A stretch of DNA of 64,000 nt from Blasia pusilla (taxonomy: Eukaryota), in contig CM114271.1 of NCBI GenBank assembly GCA_050084515.1, forward strand, positions 36,270,001-36,334,000, read 5' to 3'. A program made the position numbers and the translations under genes. The notes under the pieces were generated by a model. That model did no database searches, was not told the origin of the DNA, and worked only from the letters and a program-made list of their open reading frames with translations. Shown piece by piece: positions 51,668 to 64,000 of this stretch (positions within the stretch are counted from its first letter, which is position 1; each line of letters opens with the position of its first letter).

Positions 51668-54600
51668 TTATGTGTAAGAGCACAGTACCTTCTTGGACTT
51701 TTTGTCAGCTGGAATCGAGCTGGTCATAATGGATGACTGTATCCTGTTGGTTCGAGGAAAGATTTTGGGAAACTGTAATGTCGTCTGCAAACTGGTAGAC
51801 CCGGCTGCCGCTTTCAAACGCTTGGGCTGGTGGCGAAATCGGTCGAGACATGACGCTTGCAACGTCGTTTTCTTTTGGGACCTGTATGCGTTGGGTGAGG
51901 AGACCGTGTTGGTTTGAGTTGCAACAACAGGCTTGCGCCCTACGTCCCTGGGAACAAAAAACTCACTAAAAGAGGTTGGAAGAGGAGCCTTCGCTTGAAA
52001 ACTCCCGTAGGGAACCTCAAACCTGCAGCTTACTAGACCTTTTTTATCTGCTCCGCCGTCGTTGTGCTCACCCCTGCGAGGAAGAGAAGTAACCAAACTT
52101 ACTCCTCTACGGTGTTGCATCACAGGGGTTGGGAAAGAGAAATTTGTATCATACTGCCTGGGGAGCAATTGCATGGACTTATTTGATGCCGAATTTTTCT
52201 TGGGCCAGAATATCCTGTCCTCTGGAGACACATCCGATGAGTGCTCGAATATTTCATGCACTGCTGACGAATTATTTGCAAAGAAATCCCGATTTTCTGA
52301 ATCCTCCCGGTTTGAATCCCCGGTGATTTCAGAAGCAGGAGGAAATTCAGGAAAGCAAATCGAATGCGAGTCACCACTGGCTTGAATGGCAGAAGATTCT
52401 GAATCAGCGCTTAATTCAGAAGCAGGAGGAAAGTCAGGAAATCTGTTCCACATTTCCAGTAGTGGTCTTTGACTAGACATGTGGGTAGGTAGGTTCAAAT
52501 CCTCATATTTTTCTTCGTCAATCATTCCCAGATTACATTCTGGAATATTGGTCTCAGAGAGATTGGGCTGACGAGCAGATATGACAGCGCTACCCATCTC
52601 TCTAAAAGTGCATTGAGCCCTGAAAAGCTCCAAGCAATGTTTCGGAACATTGTAACCCTCGACAAAGGTTCTTTGTTGCTCATGAGAGAGTGCAATAAAC
52701 GTAGCGAGTGGACAACCCGACGACAGTATAGCGTGTGCGGTGAGGGAGTTGATCGAGGGAAACTCTGTCAAGAAAGCTTCTGCAATTGTTGGTCCTTCCG
52801 CCATCGTTGCATATAACGCCATCTTCTTTGACTTTCTAGCCTCCTCTATGCACTTCATAACGATGTTGTCTGTGACCTCCATCAGCTCCGAGATGAAGCA
52901 TTGAATTTGCACGTCCAGCACAACTGCCACAGCGTTGATGTGACCGAACGCATCCAGAGCAACAGATATGAAACCCGGTGGTCCTTCAAAGATCTAAAGA
53001 GACACCAGAGGAACGTTTTGTTTAAAATTAAGTACCATCAAACGAACCTACGTTAACCATAGACTGTTACAGAGAAAAAAACTTCTCTTCATTCACGTAT
53101 AACTGAATTCCTTACCATTAGAATATCCAATCTAATCAATTATGCTCACCTGGAAAATTGATGGAGGATTTCAACACCTTACCATTATGCAGTTACGGAA
53201 AGAAAAGCTGATTGCCTTCATTAGGATTTCGACTTCATTTTCCAACAGTTTCTGATGATCTTTTCCATCTTGACGCTCGAGTTTGAGCTTTTCCGGGTTA
53301 TAAATCACGAGACAAGTGGCAGGACTCAGTAGAAGATCAGTAGGAATCCGCAGCTCTCTCTCCACAACTTGCAAGTTCTCTTTCTCGAGACTTAGGATCT
53401 TCTGGTAGGAGCTTCTTCTGCCTGTTATGCGGTGATGATTTGGAAGAGAAACATTGGCAACAATTATCATCTCACATCGCCTTTCTGAATAGTGATTATC
53501 CTCTTCTTTACCTTGCCGCTCTTTCAGCCTGCCGCCGTCAGATGCAGACGGTAAAACAATAGTATATCTCTCCTTATGTGACAGAGGCTCGTTTGCATCT
53601 GGAATAGTAGTAGCAGCGTTTTTATTTATTGCAGAGAGACACTGTTGTTCTCTTAAGTTGGCTACCGCTTGTTTTGGCGATTCGTCAGAAACTGTACTTT
53701 CTTCGAGAAGTTTAAAAACCCGATCAGAAGGATGATCCTGGTGAAGATCACATATACAAAATTAAATCCCAGAGTCTCTCGAACGAAGCAATAATTTAGA
53801 GAACTACATCCACACAGCTCTAGGATTTGACATGATAATATGGCATGCTAGAAGTGACTACTATAATCCGATCTATTACGGATTGGAGTTAAAAATTTTA
53901 ACTCTAAAGAACCCAATCACCTCTTAAAAATTCTGCAGAAACGAAGTAAATTGGGCCTCCGATTACATGAATAAATATGCAACATCAGCCTGTCACGACT
54001 GGACGATAACGGCCACTGACGCAGTTAAAATAAACGATAATGGACTAAACTTCCTCAATACGAACGCTTGTAGCACGCAGGGCAAATGTTTCTGCCTGAC
54101 GAGTTTGCGTTGAAGTATAGGTTAACCTCGCAGATCAAACAAATCTTTGGGGAAGACATTTATCTATGGGAGCAAAGCACGAGACCTCTTGGATACTCGT
54201 CGAATGGTTAGACATTCCTGTGACTATGTGAACACGAGGATCCATAACCAATATAGGATTAATGAACTTCCAGACACTGACCCCTCGAAAGTAGTAGACT
54301 CTTTGAAATAAAATAGGCTAGACTCGTGCTATTGTTTATCTCATCGGTTAGGAAAAAAGTTGGAATAAAGATTGAGGCTAGAGAGAGAGTTTACCAATTC
54401 TTGCTGATGATCACTCGCCTCTACAGAATTTGTCTTGCTTTCCTCGCTATTCATGGAAACTTTGAAGACATGTCGTTCACATCTTCCTTTTCTTAAAAAC
54501 TCGTCCACTTTGCAATCTTCTTGACAAAATGAGTATTGTATGATAGCTGTGAACGCTTCTACAGGAAAAGAGCTTGTAATATACCTGCAGATAACATAGA

Positions 54601-57600
54601 TCGAACTGTTAGCTCAAATAAAGGCCTCACGATTACTAGAACGAATTTTGGTCCCTTTCAACTGGTACATCAACTTGATGAATAATGCTCCAACCGGACT
54701 TTGATCTTTAACGAATGAAATCATATTTTCTTCATGCTGACGCTTGAAAACCAGAATCTGATATGATGTCTTTCAAACATCTCACAAAGTAGGGCTCTTA
54801 ATATAAAAGAGAAGAGCAATCAGTAAATGAGAACTTTTCTTTTTAAAAAACGGAATCAAATGAACAAATCTTTCAAAATGATTATTTAAGGTGCAGCCAC
54901 CTTAAACAAATGAGCGAGGTTACCACCTCCGATGTGGTAACCTTTATCAACAGAAACTCGAAGCTAGGCAATGTAAGGTGGACCGCTATGAATAAAAGTG
55001 AGCATTACGAGGTTATTTTGCATGGAAGACTTACGCGTGAGAGACAAGAAGGCAATTTGAAAAGGCTAACGCATCAGAAATCTCCTGCTTTAAGCTTTCC
55101 GTGGAGCCTTCTAGTAAAATTCCTCTCTGGAGGTAATGCTCCTTGCGATCGACCTGATATGGGTTCATGCCTAAAGACGCGAGATCTTTGAAAAGAGTGA
55201 AAAACGCTTTCCTGTCAGCTACCAGGAGTAACTTCTTTGATGCGTTTTTGGGATCCTTTCCTTTCATCTGCATAGATCGGAGAAGCTTCTTCATGAACTG
55301 TAACTTTGGATGATCCTCCAAGGTCCCTCCCTCCACCTGGTTGTAGGCCTCCTCAAGCTCAATTCGTGAATTCACAATCCATCCCTCTAAAAAGTCTATT
55401 CTTTCGAATAGGTTTTCTAGGTAAAGATGAGCAACTCGTATTCCATAGATGCACAAGTTCATGGCTGTGTGCCGCAAGACATGCAATGCGGTGAGACCTC
55501 TCATCACTACTTGTCTTTGTTGAGTGGGCTGCTCAGACGCGACCCTCGATATGAGAGATTGCATGACGCTATTGCCGTTACTGTCGAATCCGAACACCCT
55601 TGGAACTTTCAGCTTTTCTACTGTTTTTTTGCCAAATATTTCATCAACGGTGAGCAGTCCATAATAATCTGATGCAAGTGAGTCCATGAGCGACCTTATC
55701 TCCACAGATAACACAATGAGATGCTCGCAGAACGTGACATTATTTCCCCCCTCGTCATGGTCAGTTGGAAGTGTATTCAACGACATTGAATCTCCACGAG
55801 GAGCGTCTGCGAAGGCGGTTCTCCTGTCTATGATCTTATCGGTTTCGTCTGCAGTCGAGCCAATAACTTTTGTATCTTGAACGATACCTTTCCTCGCCTG
55901 GACAAAGCATGTGAGATGATCGAATAAAGACTTAGAGTTACGTCTTCTTTTGCCGAACTTCTCCGTGTCTTGGAAGCCAAGTCCCTTCGAATCTAAATCA
56001 TTTCCATTAGCTGCTTCGGTCGCACAAATGGTCGCCTGGATTACATGATGCCTTTGTCCACCTGGCACACTGCCGCTGCAGTAAGTCCCAGAAAACTTAG
56101 ACAAGGAAGGACTGGTCTGGCACTCCTTCACTTCCGCTAGTTTCGAGACCGGATGAACTTTAGCTGATGTACTGAAATGAATATGACATTTGGATACTGT
56201 CCCACTCGCTGCTTCAGTGCGTTCAAGTTTCTCAGGCACACCTTCATCTTGATATGAGTTTAGAGACTGGTTTTGTGACAACTTTGGCAAAGAAGAAGGC
56301 CGTAGACAGACATTATCTTCCACGTTTGTCGGAATCACATAAGAACCAAATCCTGTCCTTCGATGAAGATCATCTTCCACTCCAAGCAGATTCATGACCA
56401 AATCATAGGATGTTTTAGGAGATACCAAGTCTGTAGAAAGATAGGAGGACTGAATTGGTTCACATTTCATTTCTAAGTTCAGATGACTTTGCAGACTGAA
56501 GCAAGCAGTATTCCTGCATGTCGTGCTTTGAGCGAAGTGCCAATCTAGATAGAGAGAGTTAGTTGCAGTCATAGTGGTAGGCTTACAATCCAGAGACATC
56601 AACCTCCCAAGAGCCGCAAGTAGCTCTTCGCTCTGGGTATTGTTCAGCACAGGGACAGGAAGGGATTTGAACTGGCTATCATCAAGCCTCAATTCCCGCA
56701 AGATTACCAAACCTTCAAAGCACTCTGGTGGATGTTTTTCTGGAAAGCTTCCCACAGGAACAGGTACGGCACGGATGTCAGTGGCACAATTCGGAGGACC
56801 TACGCATGCAAAGCACCCAGTCAAGAAGTCCGCGCATATCGTTGTTTCCAAATTAAAATATGTCCCAAACCATGGATTAACACATTCGCTTATGTCAGCG
56901 TTGCCGGTTGCAGACGTTTTAGGTGGCTCCTCCAAGAATTCAGAGGTTAGTGTCATCGGCTGCTCAAAATTTTCATCGAGCTTGTTTGCCAAGGTAAAGT
57001 ACTTCGCCAACATGAATTGAGCACTTAACTCTGTGTGTAAAGTGCGGTCCACCTCTTTCTCAACTAAGACCTGTTGTAGCTCAATACATCCAGACAACCA
57101 TCCAGGCATCACCTTGCTTAAACTTAGAGAAGAAAAGTGTAGTTCGCCTTTGATCTCGAACAATTCAAGAGGTTTAAGAATTGTAGGGTTTGAACCATCC
57201 GTCTCGTCAGGAGTCAGCAGAGGATCATCACAAGAGGATTCGTAAATCCAGCTAACTTCAGGGATGATTTTCCATTCCTGATCCATCAGAGTTGACCAAA
57301 AAGTTGATTGTTGAGCCTGTGGCAAGGACATGATGAAGTCGAACGGATATACTTAGAATTCAGCTACCAGTTTCAGAAAGGCACGATTTCCGAATTTTGA
57401 CGACTTGAAAGAGAAAGTTAGGGCATTCGTGATCACAAAGTCTACCTCCACTGCAGATGCTGGATTGTCTTCACATTCTTGTAAAGAGCTTGGAAGAAAT
57501 ATGTCGAGCCACTTCTGTAAGAAACTAGAACAGAGCTGTCAAGGCGGAGAGCTGTATTGAGCAAACTACATCTAGAATAAAACCCTTAAGAGCCTATAGG

Positions 57601-58988
57601 GTTTTATTCTAGATGCAATCGTTGTACAATTACTGTACAGCATACAAAAACGTTCTCCGATTTGAATCAACTTTCGCATTAAGCAAACTACGTTTTATGT
57701 AAAAACTCTGCTAAACACATTTATATTTCTATTTACTAGTGCTTTCAAAAATGTGAGAGCCAGTGTAACGTAATGGTGTAAGAAGGCGACGAGTAGTGCG
57801 GACCTTCGGAATGTTGATTTCAATCTGTTCTTTTTCAACAGCTCTCGGTGCTGGGCAACCGAAGTCGGAGAGGATGCTCAGCCAATACTGACATGAGACG
57901 ATGTGCAGGAAAGTTCATGATAGCGTCAGTTGATCTATAAGTGCATACGACCTGTTATCCAGGTGAGAAGACAACAGGTTGACTTCAAGCTGAATTACTA
58001 CTACCTGAAAACAGCAGAGACGGCATTTTCGTAAGCCGCAGCCTAACCTGCTTAACTAGTGAAGAGAAAGCATGACAGGAACTTTCAATGTCATTGCTTA
58101 ATATTGGGTTTGTGAGGAACCAGTACAGCGAAAGGAGTAAGGGAACAGGGAAAAGGCCGTAGAATGAGATTCGGACCAACCTGAGTAAATTTCCTTTGCA
58201 ATGTATCATAAAAGATCAAGGGACTAAATGGTTTCAAATTAGTATAGATGCCTTGCGAAAGAACAAGCAGTCGTTTGTTCGTTTGAAAATATTAAGAGGG
58301 AACCAATGCACTGGGAAGTAACCTGAGAGCCTTCTAGAGATTGAAACCGTTGGTATAGAGATAGGTGGAGATTTTAAGAGCGAATCGCTACTGACGAAGA
58401 TGCCACAGGTAAGAAGTGTGTAATTCATACGTGGTTCGCAAAAGTCTCTTCCAGCACTGGCGGTTCGATGGCTGAATAATTTAACATTCGAGACGTGCTT
58501 GGATCCTTCAGTCGTTGGTGACGATCGGAAGTCAGATCGAGCTGCTCAGATATTCGTACGTCTTGAATTGCGTCGCAGCTGATGACCTTAGGATCGATAG
58601 GATATTCTCCATTATGAAAGTTTTTGCGATTCTCATCGTCCTGACTACCAATGGTCTGACCAGGTATCAGCTTCAACACTACTCCTACTCCCGTTAAGTC
58701 GAGAATACTTGGTTGGTCTACCTTTCGCGGGACAAAGTCTGCTAGAAAACGCTCGTTTCTGTTCCAAGAGTCTTTGACGCAAGGTAAGTTCGCAAGACTC
58801 TCAGACGTAGTAATTGGAAATGATAATTCGTTGCAAAAGATCTCAAAAAAACTATGCAAGGAATATTTTGTCTCTATAGTTCTCAGGGAAGGAACATGCG
58901 GAAGAGGCATAAGGTTTCTCAAACACTCTTCTCTAGACAATATCGAAGCTTCCGCAAAATAATCAACTTCTAAATATCTGATGCGCAT
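51668..58988 (-). CDS. SHOC1: SHORTAGE IN CHIASMATA 1 (ZIP2/XPF-like meiotic crossover protein); proposed exons 58988-58431, 57887-57804, 57514-57446, 57316-55035, 54584-54395, 53737-53183, 52993-51668 (~1687 aa)
   Basis: N-terminus MRIRYLEVDYF resembles plant SHOC1 MRTRFLNIDYF. Conserved-looking blocks SLYLDWH, YGIRVAHLYL, SSFPVEAF, RRSSYQKILSLEK..QVVER..PTDLLLSPATCL, IFEG, FLTEFPSINSLTAHAILSSG. All six proposed introns are GT-AG and keep the frame. Small exons 2-3 are less certain. Confidence 0.88.
57569..57615. repeat. Perfect 18-bp inverted repeat with an 11-nt loop in a SHOC1 intron
   Basis: CATCTAGAATAAAACCCT-taagagcctat-AGGGTTTTATTCTAGATG. Confidence 0.9.
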
Positions 58989-60849
58989 TTTGGCAGCGGT
59001 TCAGTTTCAGACAACGAGTTTTATGCGTGATCTATCCAGGTGCTGCACTCCTCTCAGTTTTGATAACTGTATTGCATCGATTGTTAGCTTTAATAATTAA
59101 TGACGTGCAAATGGAGGATAGGTTCACTCATGTCTCACTTTTGTCTGCACATCAACGCAAATATTCAAGATAGTCGACGGATCAGACGCATGAAATCAGA
59201 AACGTGCATTCTGCACCATCAGATGATATGCCACATGGAATAACACTGCGCTCTGCTTTTATGATGATGATGCAGCATAGATGACTAGAGTCCCCCCGGG
59301 TTCAGAACGTCTACGAATATTTCCAGGGATAAAATACTGAGCCGTATCACTACAAATTGGCTCAAGGGGGGTGACTACGTAAATCATATTCTCTGAATAG
59401 CGGAGATCAAGTCATTGAAACAACGGTTTCATAACGTGGTTTCCATGACGACCTGACATCGACAGGCTATGACGAACCAGTCAGCAACGACCTTGTCGAT
59501 GTTAAACCCGCCACAACTTGATGACATACGAAGACCAGTTTTAATTTCCAGGCGACAAGATCCACCAATAAAAATCACAAAAGAAACGTGGTGTTTGTTA
59601 GGGTTTCTTTCTCTTGTGGTGACTGCTGTTCCACAAACAAACACCACGTTGGAAAGAAACAAACACCACGTGAGGAAGCTTTTACCATCTATACAATTCT
59701 CTCCGTCGTAGGAAAACAACGAAAGAAACTGCTTGATCGCAAGACACTGGAGCGTAATAGACGAGACGAACTCGTGTCAGTCCTTGGTTTAAACTGCGTC
59801 GGTGCGTGTGACACCTCCAGATCCGTAGCATATCTGGAGACCTCTCCTCTTGCCCTTGTGAGAGGGGGTGGTCTCAACCGGAGGGCAATGGAGTCCCTTA
59901 TCAATCATTCCGAAAAAAATTTCGTGTTTTCATTTTAAAAAACCAAATATCTCGAGGATCCGATGTCAAAATCACATATATGGATGGGGTCCCATAAGCC
60001 AAGTCCGCTTCCGGTGGACTTGGCTTATTACTTCTTCTCTTGAAATTTTTGGCTTGGGTGAATATATGGGGGACTTCTCTAGAACTCACGGGAATGTCCA
60101 CCATTGGATGCACATAACGATGCATCATTTTCGTTACCCATAATAATCCTAATTTGTGTCAGCCCCATCATTATCCTAAAATGTGGAATCCCAAAATGAC
60201 ACGTGTGAGGTGCTAGAAAATCAAGAGAATATTTTCTAATAATACTATAAGGGTAATGAGAAGGGTTCCTATATTGTTTTTAGACATCCTTCTCCATAAT
60301 CCTACTAGACTTCTTTGGCTATTTATCATGCCTTTAATTTTTTCCCCGTAATTCCATCTAAGGGCCCATACATTAGGAGCGGTAAGAGGAGAGGAGAGAG
60401 GAAACTATTATGAACCCAAAGAGATCATTTTTTGAAGGGAGGTTCCCGTGATTTGAAGAGAGATTCCTATGATTGGAAGAGAGGGAGTAAATTTTTTTCA
60501 TATTCTACATTTATGTTCCATTTTCTTAGTCACTTCCTCAACATGGTTTCTTCCTCTTCCCCACTATGACAACCTGTTTGAGTTCAATAGGTTGCACCAT
60601 ACATGAAACAATCTTGTATCGAATGATTACTCAGTACATAGTTACAAAATTGGAAACTTCATTGGAAGTACAAATATGGAACAATTCACTTTTTCAGACC
60701 TTGGATGGAAAAAGTGAAAAAGAGATCATTTAAGCACATTGATGAAAGTTCAAGTTCATAGTGAACACTTTGGCATTTCCAAACTACACTCTGAGACTTG
60801 ATGTTGCATCCTTATAGTGGCTTGTTTAGGATACTACACACTTCCTTCA

Positions 60850-62300
60850 TGGAAAATTTTTAGGTTGGTGGATTCCTACTCCTAGGGCTGAGTCTCTTAA
60901 CGCTAAGAACTAAACATAATACATGTGCTTACAAGGGAAGTACCCTTTCCCACTTATCTCTCTTTGGACAAAGATATCATACGAACACGTGGGAAAGCGA
61001 CAGATGTTGAAAATGTATACCCAAGAAACACTTGAATTCGTGGTGTTGTTCCTCACCCGATATGTTCTTCCTATTTCATTCCCACTATGCACAACTTTTG
61101 TGGCAATGACTTCCATGTTAGCCTTCCAAGATGATGCGATTTGCTTTGCACTCTCCTCCGATCGCCTAAACATTCTATTCCTCTTCACCTCATTTCTAGA
61201 TTGAAAGAGAAATAGCGGATTGAGATCATCCATCTTTTCAAGATACAAGTTGGCATCAATCTTAGGTTGGATCCGAAATGCAAATGACTTTATAATGTGA
61301 ACGTGTTTGAAATTCCCCCCGTCTCCCAGCCTAAACCTTGAGCTTGTTAAATTGTGCACTTCATCATGAGTATAGTTGGTACCTTCATAAATGGGTCAAT
61401 TCGTGAGGGTATTCCTTGGAGCTCCAATGAAAGCTGGGTATGATTTTCTAAACGCACATGATTCATTTGGACATAAGAAGTAATTCAATTGATCGCATGT
61501 CCTTGTAAATCGATCAAAGGATTTTAGCCTCCAGAACTCTGGAAGTGGTCGACTTGTCCTTGTATAGTTCATATTTAGGGATATGCCGCACACTCTCCTT
61601 ATTCCATCAAATCCTGCCCTATAGGTAGGTCCACATCCAAGGTTGCTTCGAGAAATATGCCAACTTTTGAGATTGCAATCCGCCTCTATGACAGGACTCC
61701 CATATTGTTGAACAACCCTCAAGCTAGGATAACGGGAATCCCCAAGAATAGAAGAATTCATAAATAAGACATTCATGAATTTTGCGGAAGACACTCCAAC
61801 TCAAACTTGGGAGCTATTCTGGTGTTTTTGAATACCTTGGTTGGGTGATTTCATTTTCCAGATCAATCATTGGATTTGTTCCTCGTGTTGATGCTTGACT
61901 TGTCTAAAGTCAAAGTACTTACATGGTCTCAAGGGGTCTCTCTCAAATTGCTCTACCACCATTTGAATGGAACATCTTGAAACACGCCCACAAATGCCCC
62001 CACCACTATGGACTTCTCTCTCGAGAAGAGTTATGGCAACGCATCAATTCAAGGCTCCGACATACATTTTCTCATTTCCTGATCTCACAATGGCCCTAAT
62101 TTAGAGCTCATAAATTGAAGGGCATTTTCCTTTGATGATACCCTTTGTGAGAAAGATATGGGAATGCTTTTGATTGTAATATTACCCTAGCCTAGTCTTG
62201 TTGGCATGCTTGAACAAGGTAGATTCTTTAGCATGATTGTGATGACCTCCAAGATGAATGGACACTCTTGGATCCAATTATCTTTGGGCAAAGGGAATTT
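60850..62300 (-). pseudogene. Decayed SWIM zinc-finger-containing ORF, probably transposon-derived
   Basis: YIFNICRFPTCSYDIF...PCKHMYYV is a SWIM CxC..CxH motif with the second Cys replaced by Tyr. The upstream Cys-containing ORF 61794-61396 is in the same frame. Multiple stops. Confidence 0.5.
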
Positions 62301-62739
62301 CCATGAATGTTGAATCCTTGCAAATAGTATTTTTTTAAGTGAGGGCGAAGCACAGAACGTTAAGATGTCAAATTGAGGGGATTGCAACCCGTGGGAATTC
62401 GACAAGTTGAAACATGTTGCAACCTATTTAAAGTCAATGAGTTACAGAGGAGAAATATTTGCAACCTTTTGGATTGAGACAAGTTGCAATAACATATTAC
62501 GAACATAATTTTCTTGCAATACGTCAAAATTTGATAAGTTGGAAACTTATGCACCATGTCTAAAACCGATGGGTAACACAAGACTAAGATTTGCAACTCG
62601 TCAGATTTAGATAAGTTGCACCAACATATCCAAACACAATTTTATTGCAACCCATTCAAAATCAACAAGTTGAAAACTTATGCAACATGTCTATATCTGA
62701 CAAGTTGTACAAGACAATTTTGTACGGACAAAGGATAAC

Positions 62740-63253
62740 TTCTTACAGAATTTGACTTGCATCAACCACGTCTGCTGCAGTTAGAAGATCCGTCCTTACT
62801 CGAAGAAAGACTCTCAACACGAGAACGTGAAGATTCTCTTCGTAGATAGGCACTGGTTTACTAGCTATCTAGTTTACCACTTTGGGAAGACATTCATGAA
62901 ACAGGTCATACAATCTCCAACTCCGATAATTCACCTATTGTCACATATGGAAGGATAAGGGATTGTACGTTATATGTTCTTGTATAGCGATCCATGGATG
63001 TTAAGAGGCCTGCTTGAGTAGGATTTAACACTAGTTGTGTTATTTTTCTTTTATACAAATTTTGGGGTTCCATGTTATGAAGAAGTGATTGCCTCGGCAC
63101 TACCTTTCGTGATTCCTGTCGTGAGAGAATGAAAGGTTTACATAATAATTTTATACTGAAAAAGGAGAAATTCTTATAGACTTCAACTTGCATCAACCAC
63201 ATCTACTGCAGCTAGAGGGTCCGCCCTTACTCAATGAAAGGCTCTCGACACGA
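62740..63253. repeat. ~85-bp dispersed direct repeat (62740-62823 and 63170-63253)
   Basis: ACTTGCATCAACCAC(G/A)TCT(G/A)CTGCAG(T/C)TAGA..(A/G)TCCG(T/C)CCTTACTC...GAAAG(A/G)CTCTC(A/G)ACACGA occurs twice. Confidence 0.75.
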
Positions 63254-63255
63254 TA

Positions 63256-64000
63256 ATGGACCCCTACGCGGTTCAACCCTTTTATGGCATGGAAGGGATT
63301 ATTCTAGTACTTTGAGGGTCCGTCGATGGATGATTACATGGAGTTCTGATCTCTATACTCTGTAGAGATTGATGCCTGTAGGGTGTATTGGGCTCCAAGG
63401 TATGTGTCCATTAGTGGCCGTGAGGCGTATGATGGGATAGTGAGAGCGGAGAGACCTTCACCATCAGCCTGGGGACTAGATGGAGAGGATGGTAGTGAGA
63501 GTGGTGAGGTGGCAGAGACCTCTCGTGGTAGATGACCACCAAGTTTTAGTCCTACAATGGAGTTCTTCCGACAATTGGGGAGGAGCTACCAGGGCGTGCG
63601 GACCGACAAACTGAAGAGTCTACAAGATTTCCATAGGAGATCGAGTGAGAGTCCAAGGGATGCATTCACGCACATGCGACAGTTGATCGTTGTCACATAT
63701 GGGGTGATTGAGGCGTAGTCAATACAGTATTGGTACGTGGTGCTAGACGAGGAGCTACGGAGGAGAGTTTGCATTGCGATGTTGCTTCACATGGCAAAGT
63801 CCACATTGAAGGTGGTCTTTGAGTTGTCTGAGCGCGTAGAGCTCAACATGAGGGAGGAGTAGGTGGTGACCACAGGATTTTCGTAGGATTCAACGGGTCG
63901 CTGAGTAGGAGTAGACCCATAGATATCCCAATATGCATTTGTACCATGAGAGCGGGCCGGTGGGCCTAAAGAGCAGGGCCGGTATTGTAAGCTGATGAGG
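63256..64000 (+). pseudogene. gag fragment of a diverged relative of the gypsy element at 22544-23350; runs off the window end
   Basis: WKGLF*YFEGPSMDDYMEF versus WNSMFQHLEGAPMDDYHEF; EFFRQLGRSYQG..LQDFHRRSSESPRDAFTHMRQLI..EA*SIQYWY versus EFFAKLRASYQG..IHDFQRCLGESLREAYTRLRRLI..EAQAIQSWY. Confidence 0.85.

Noticed and set aside
57317-57514. Premature stop or read-through making SHOC1 a pseudogene
   Set aside because: A phase-0 GT-AG intron (57445-57317) removes the TAA.

Overview
Eukaryotic nuclear DNA, most likely from a bryophyte-grade land plant (inferred from gene and transposon content). There are three host genes, all on the minus strand: a 4-exon lipoyl synthase (LIP1), an intronless Raf-like subgroup-C kinase, and a 7-exon SHOC1/ZIP2-like meiotic crossover gene. 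Most of the rest is decayed transposon sequence: a Ty1/copia 5' half, two RLE-type non-LTR elements, mini-Helitrons, a CACTA end and a SWIM-finger relic. The standout is a decayed Ty3/gypsy element (~20.2-29.9 kb). Its single polyprotein frame runs gag, protease, a complete DNMT3-like C5-cytosine methyltransferase, RT, RNase H and integrase, and it ends in a PHD finger. Its last ~1 kb (PHD plus 3' LTR) has been inverted, and further fragments of the same family occur in the window. All calls come from manual translation and motif recognition; no searches were run.
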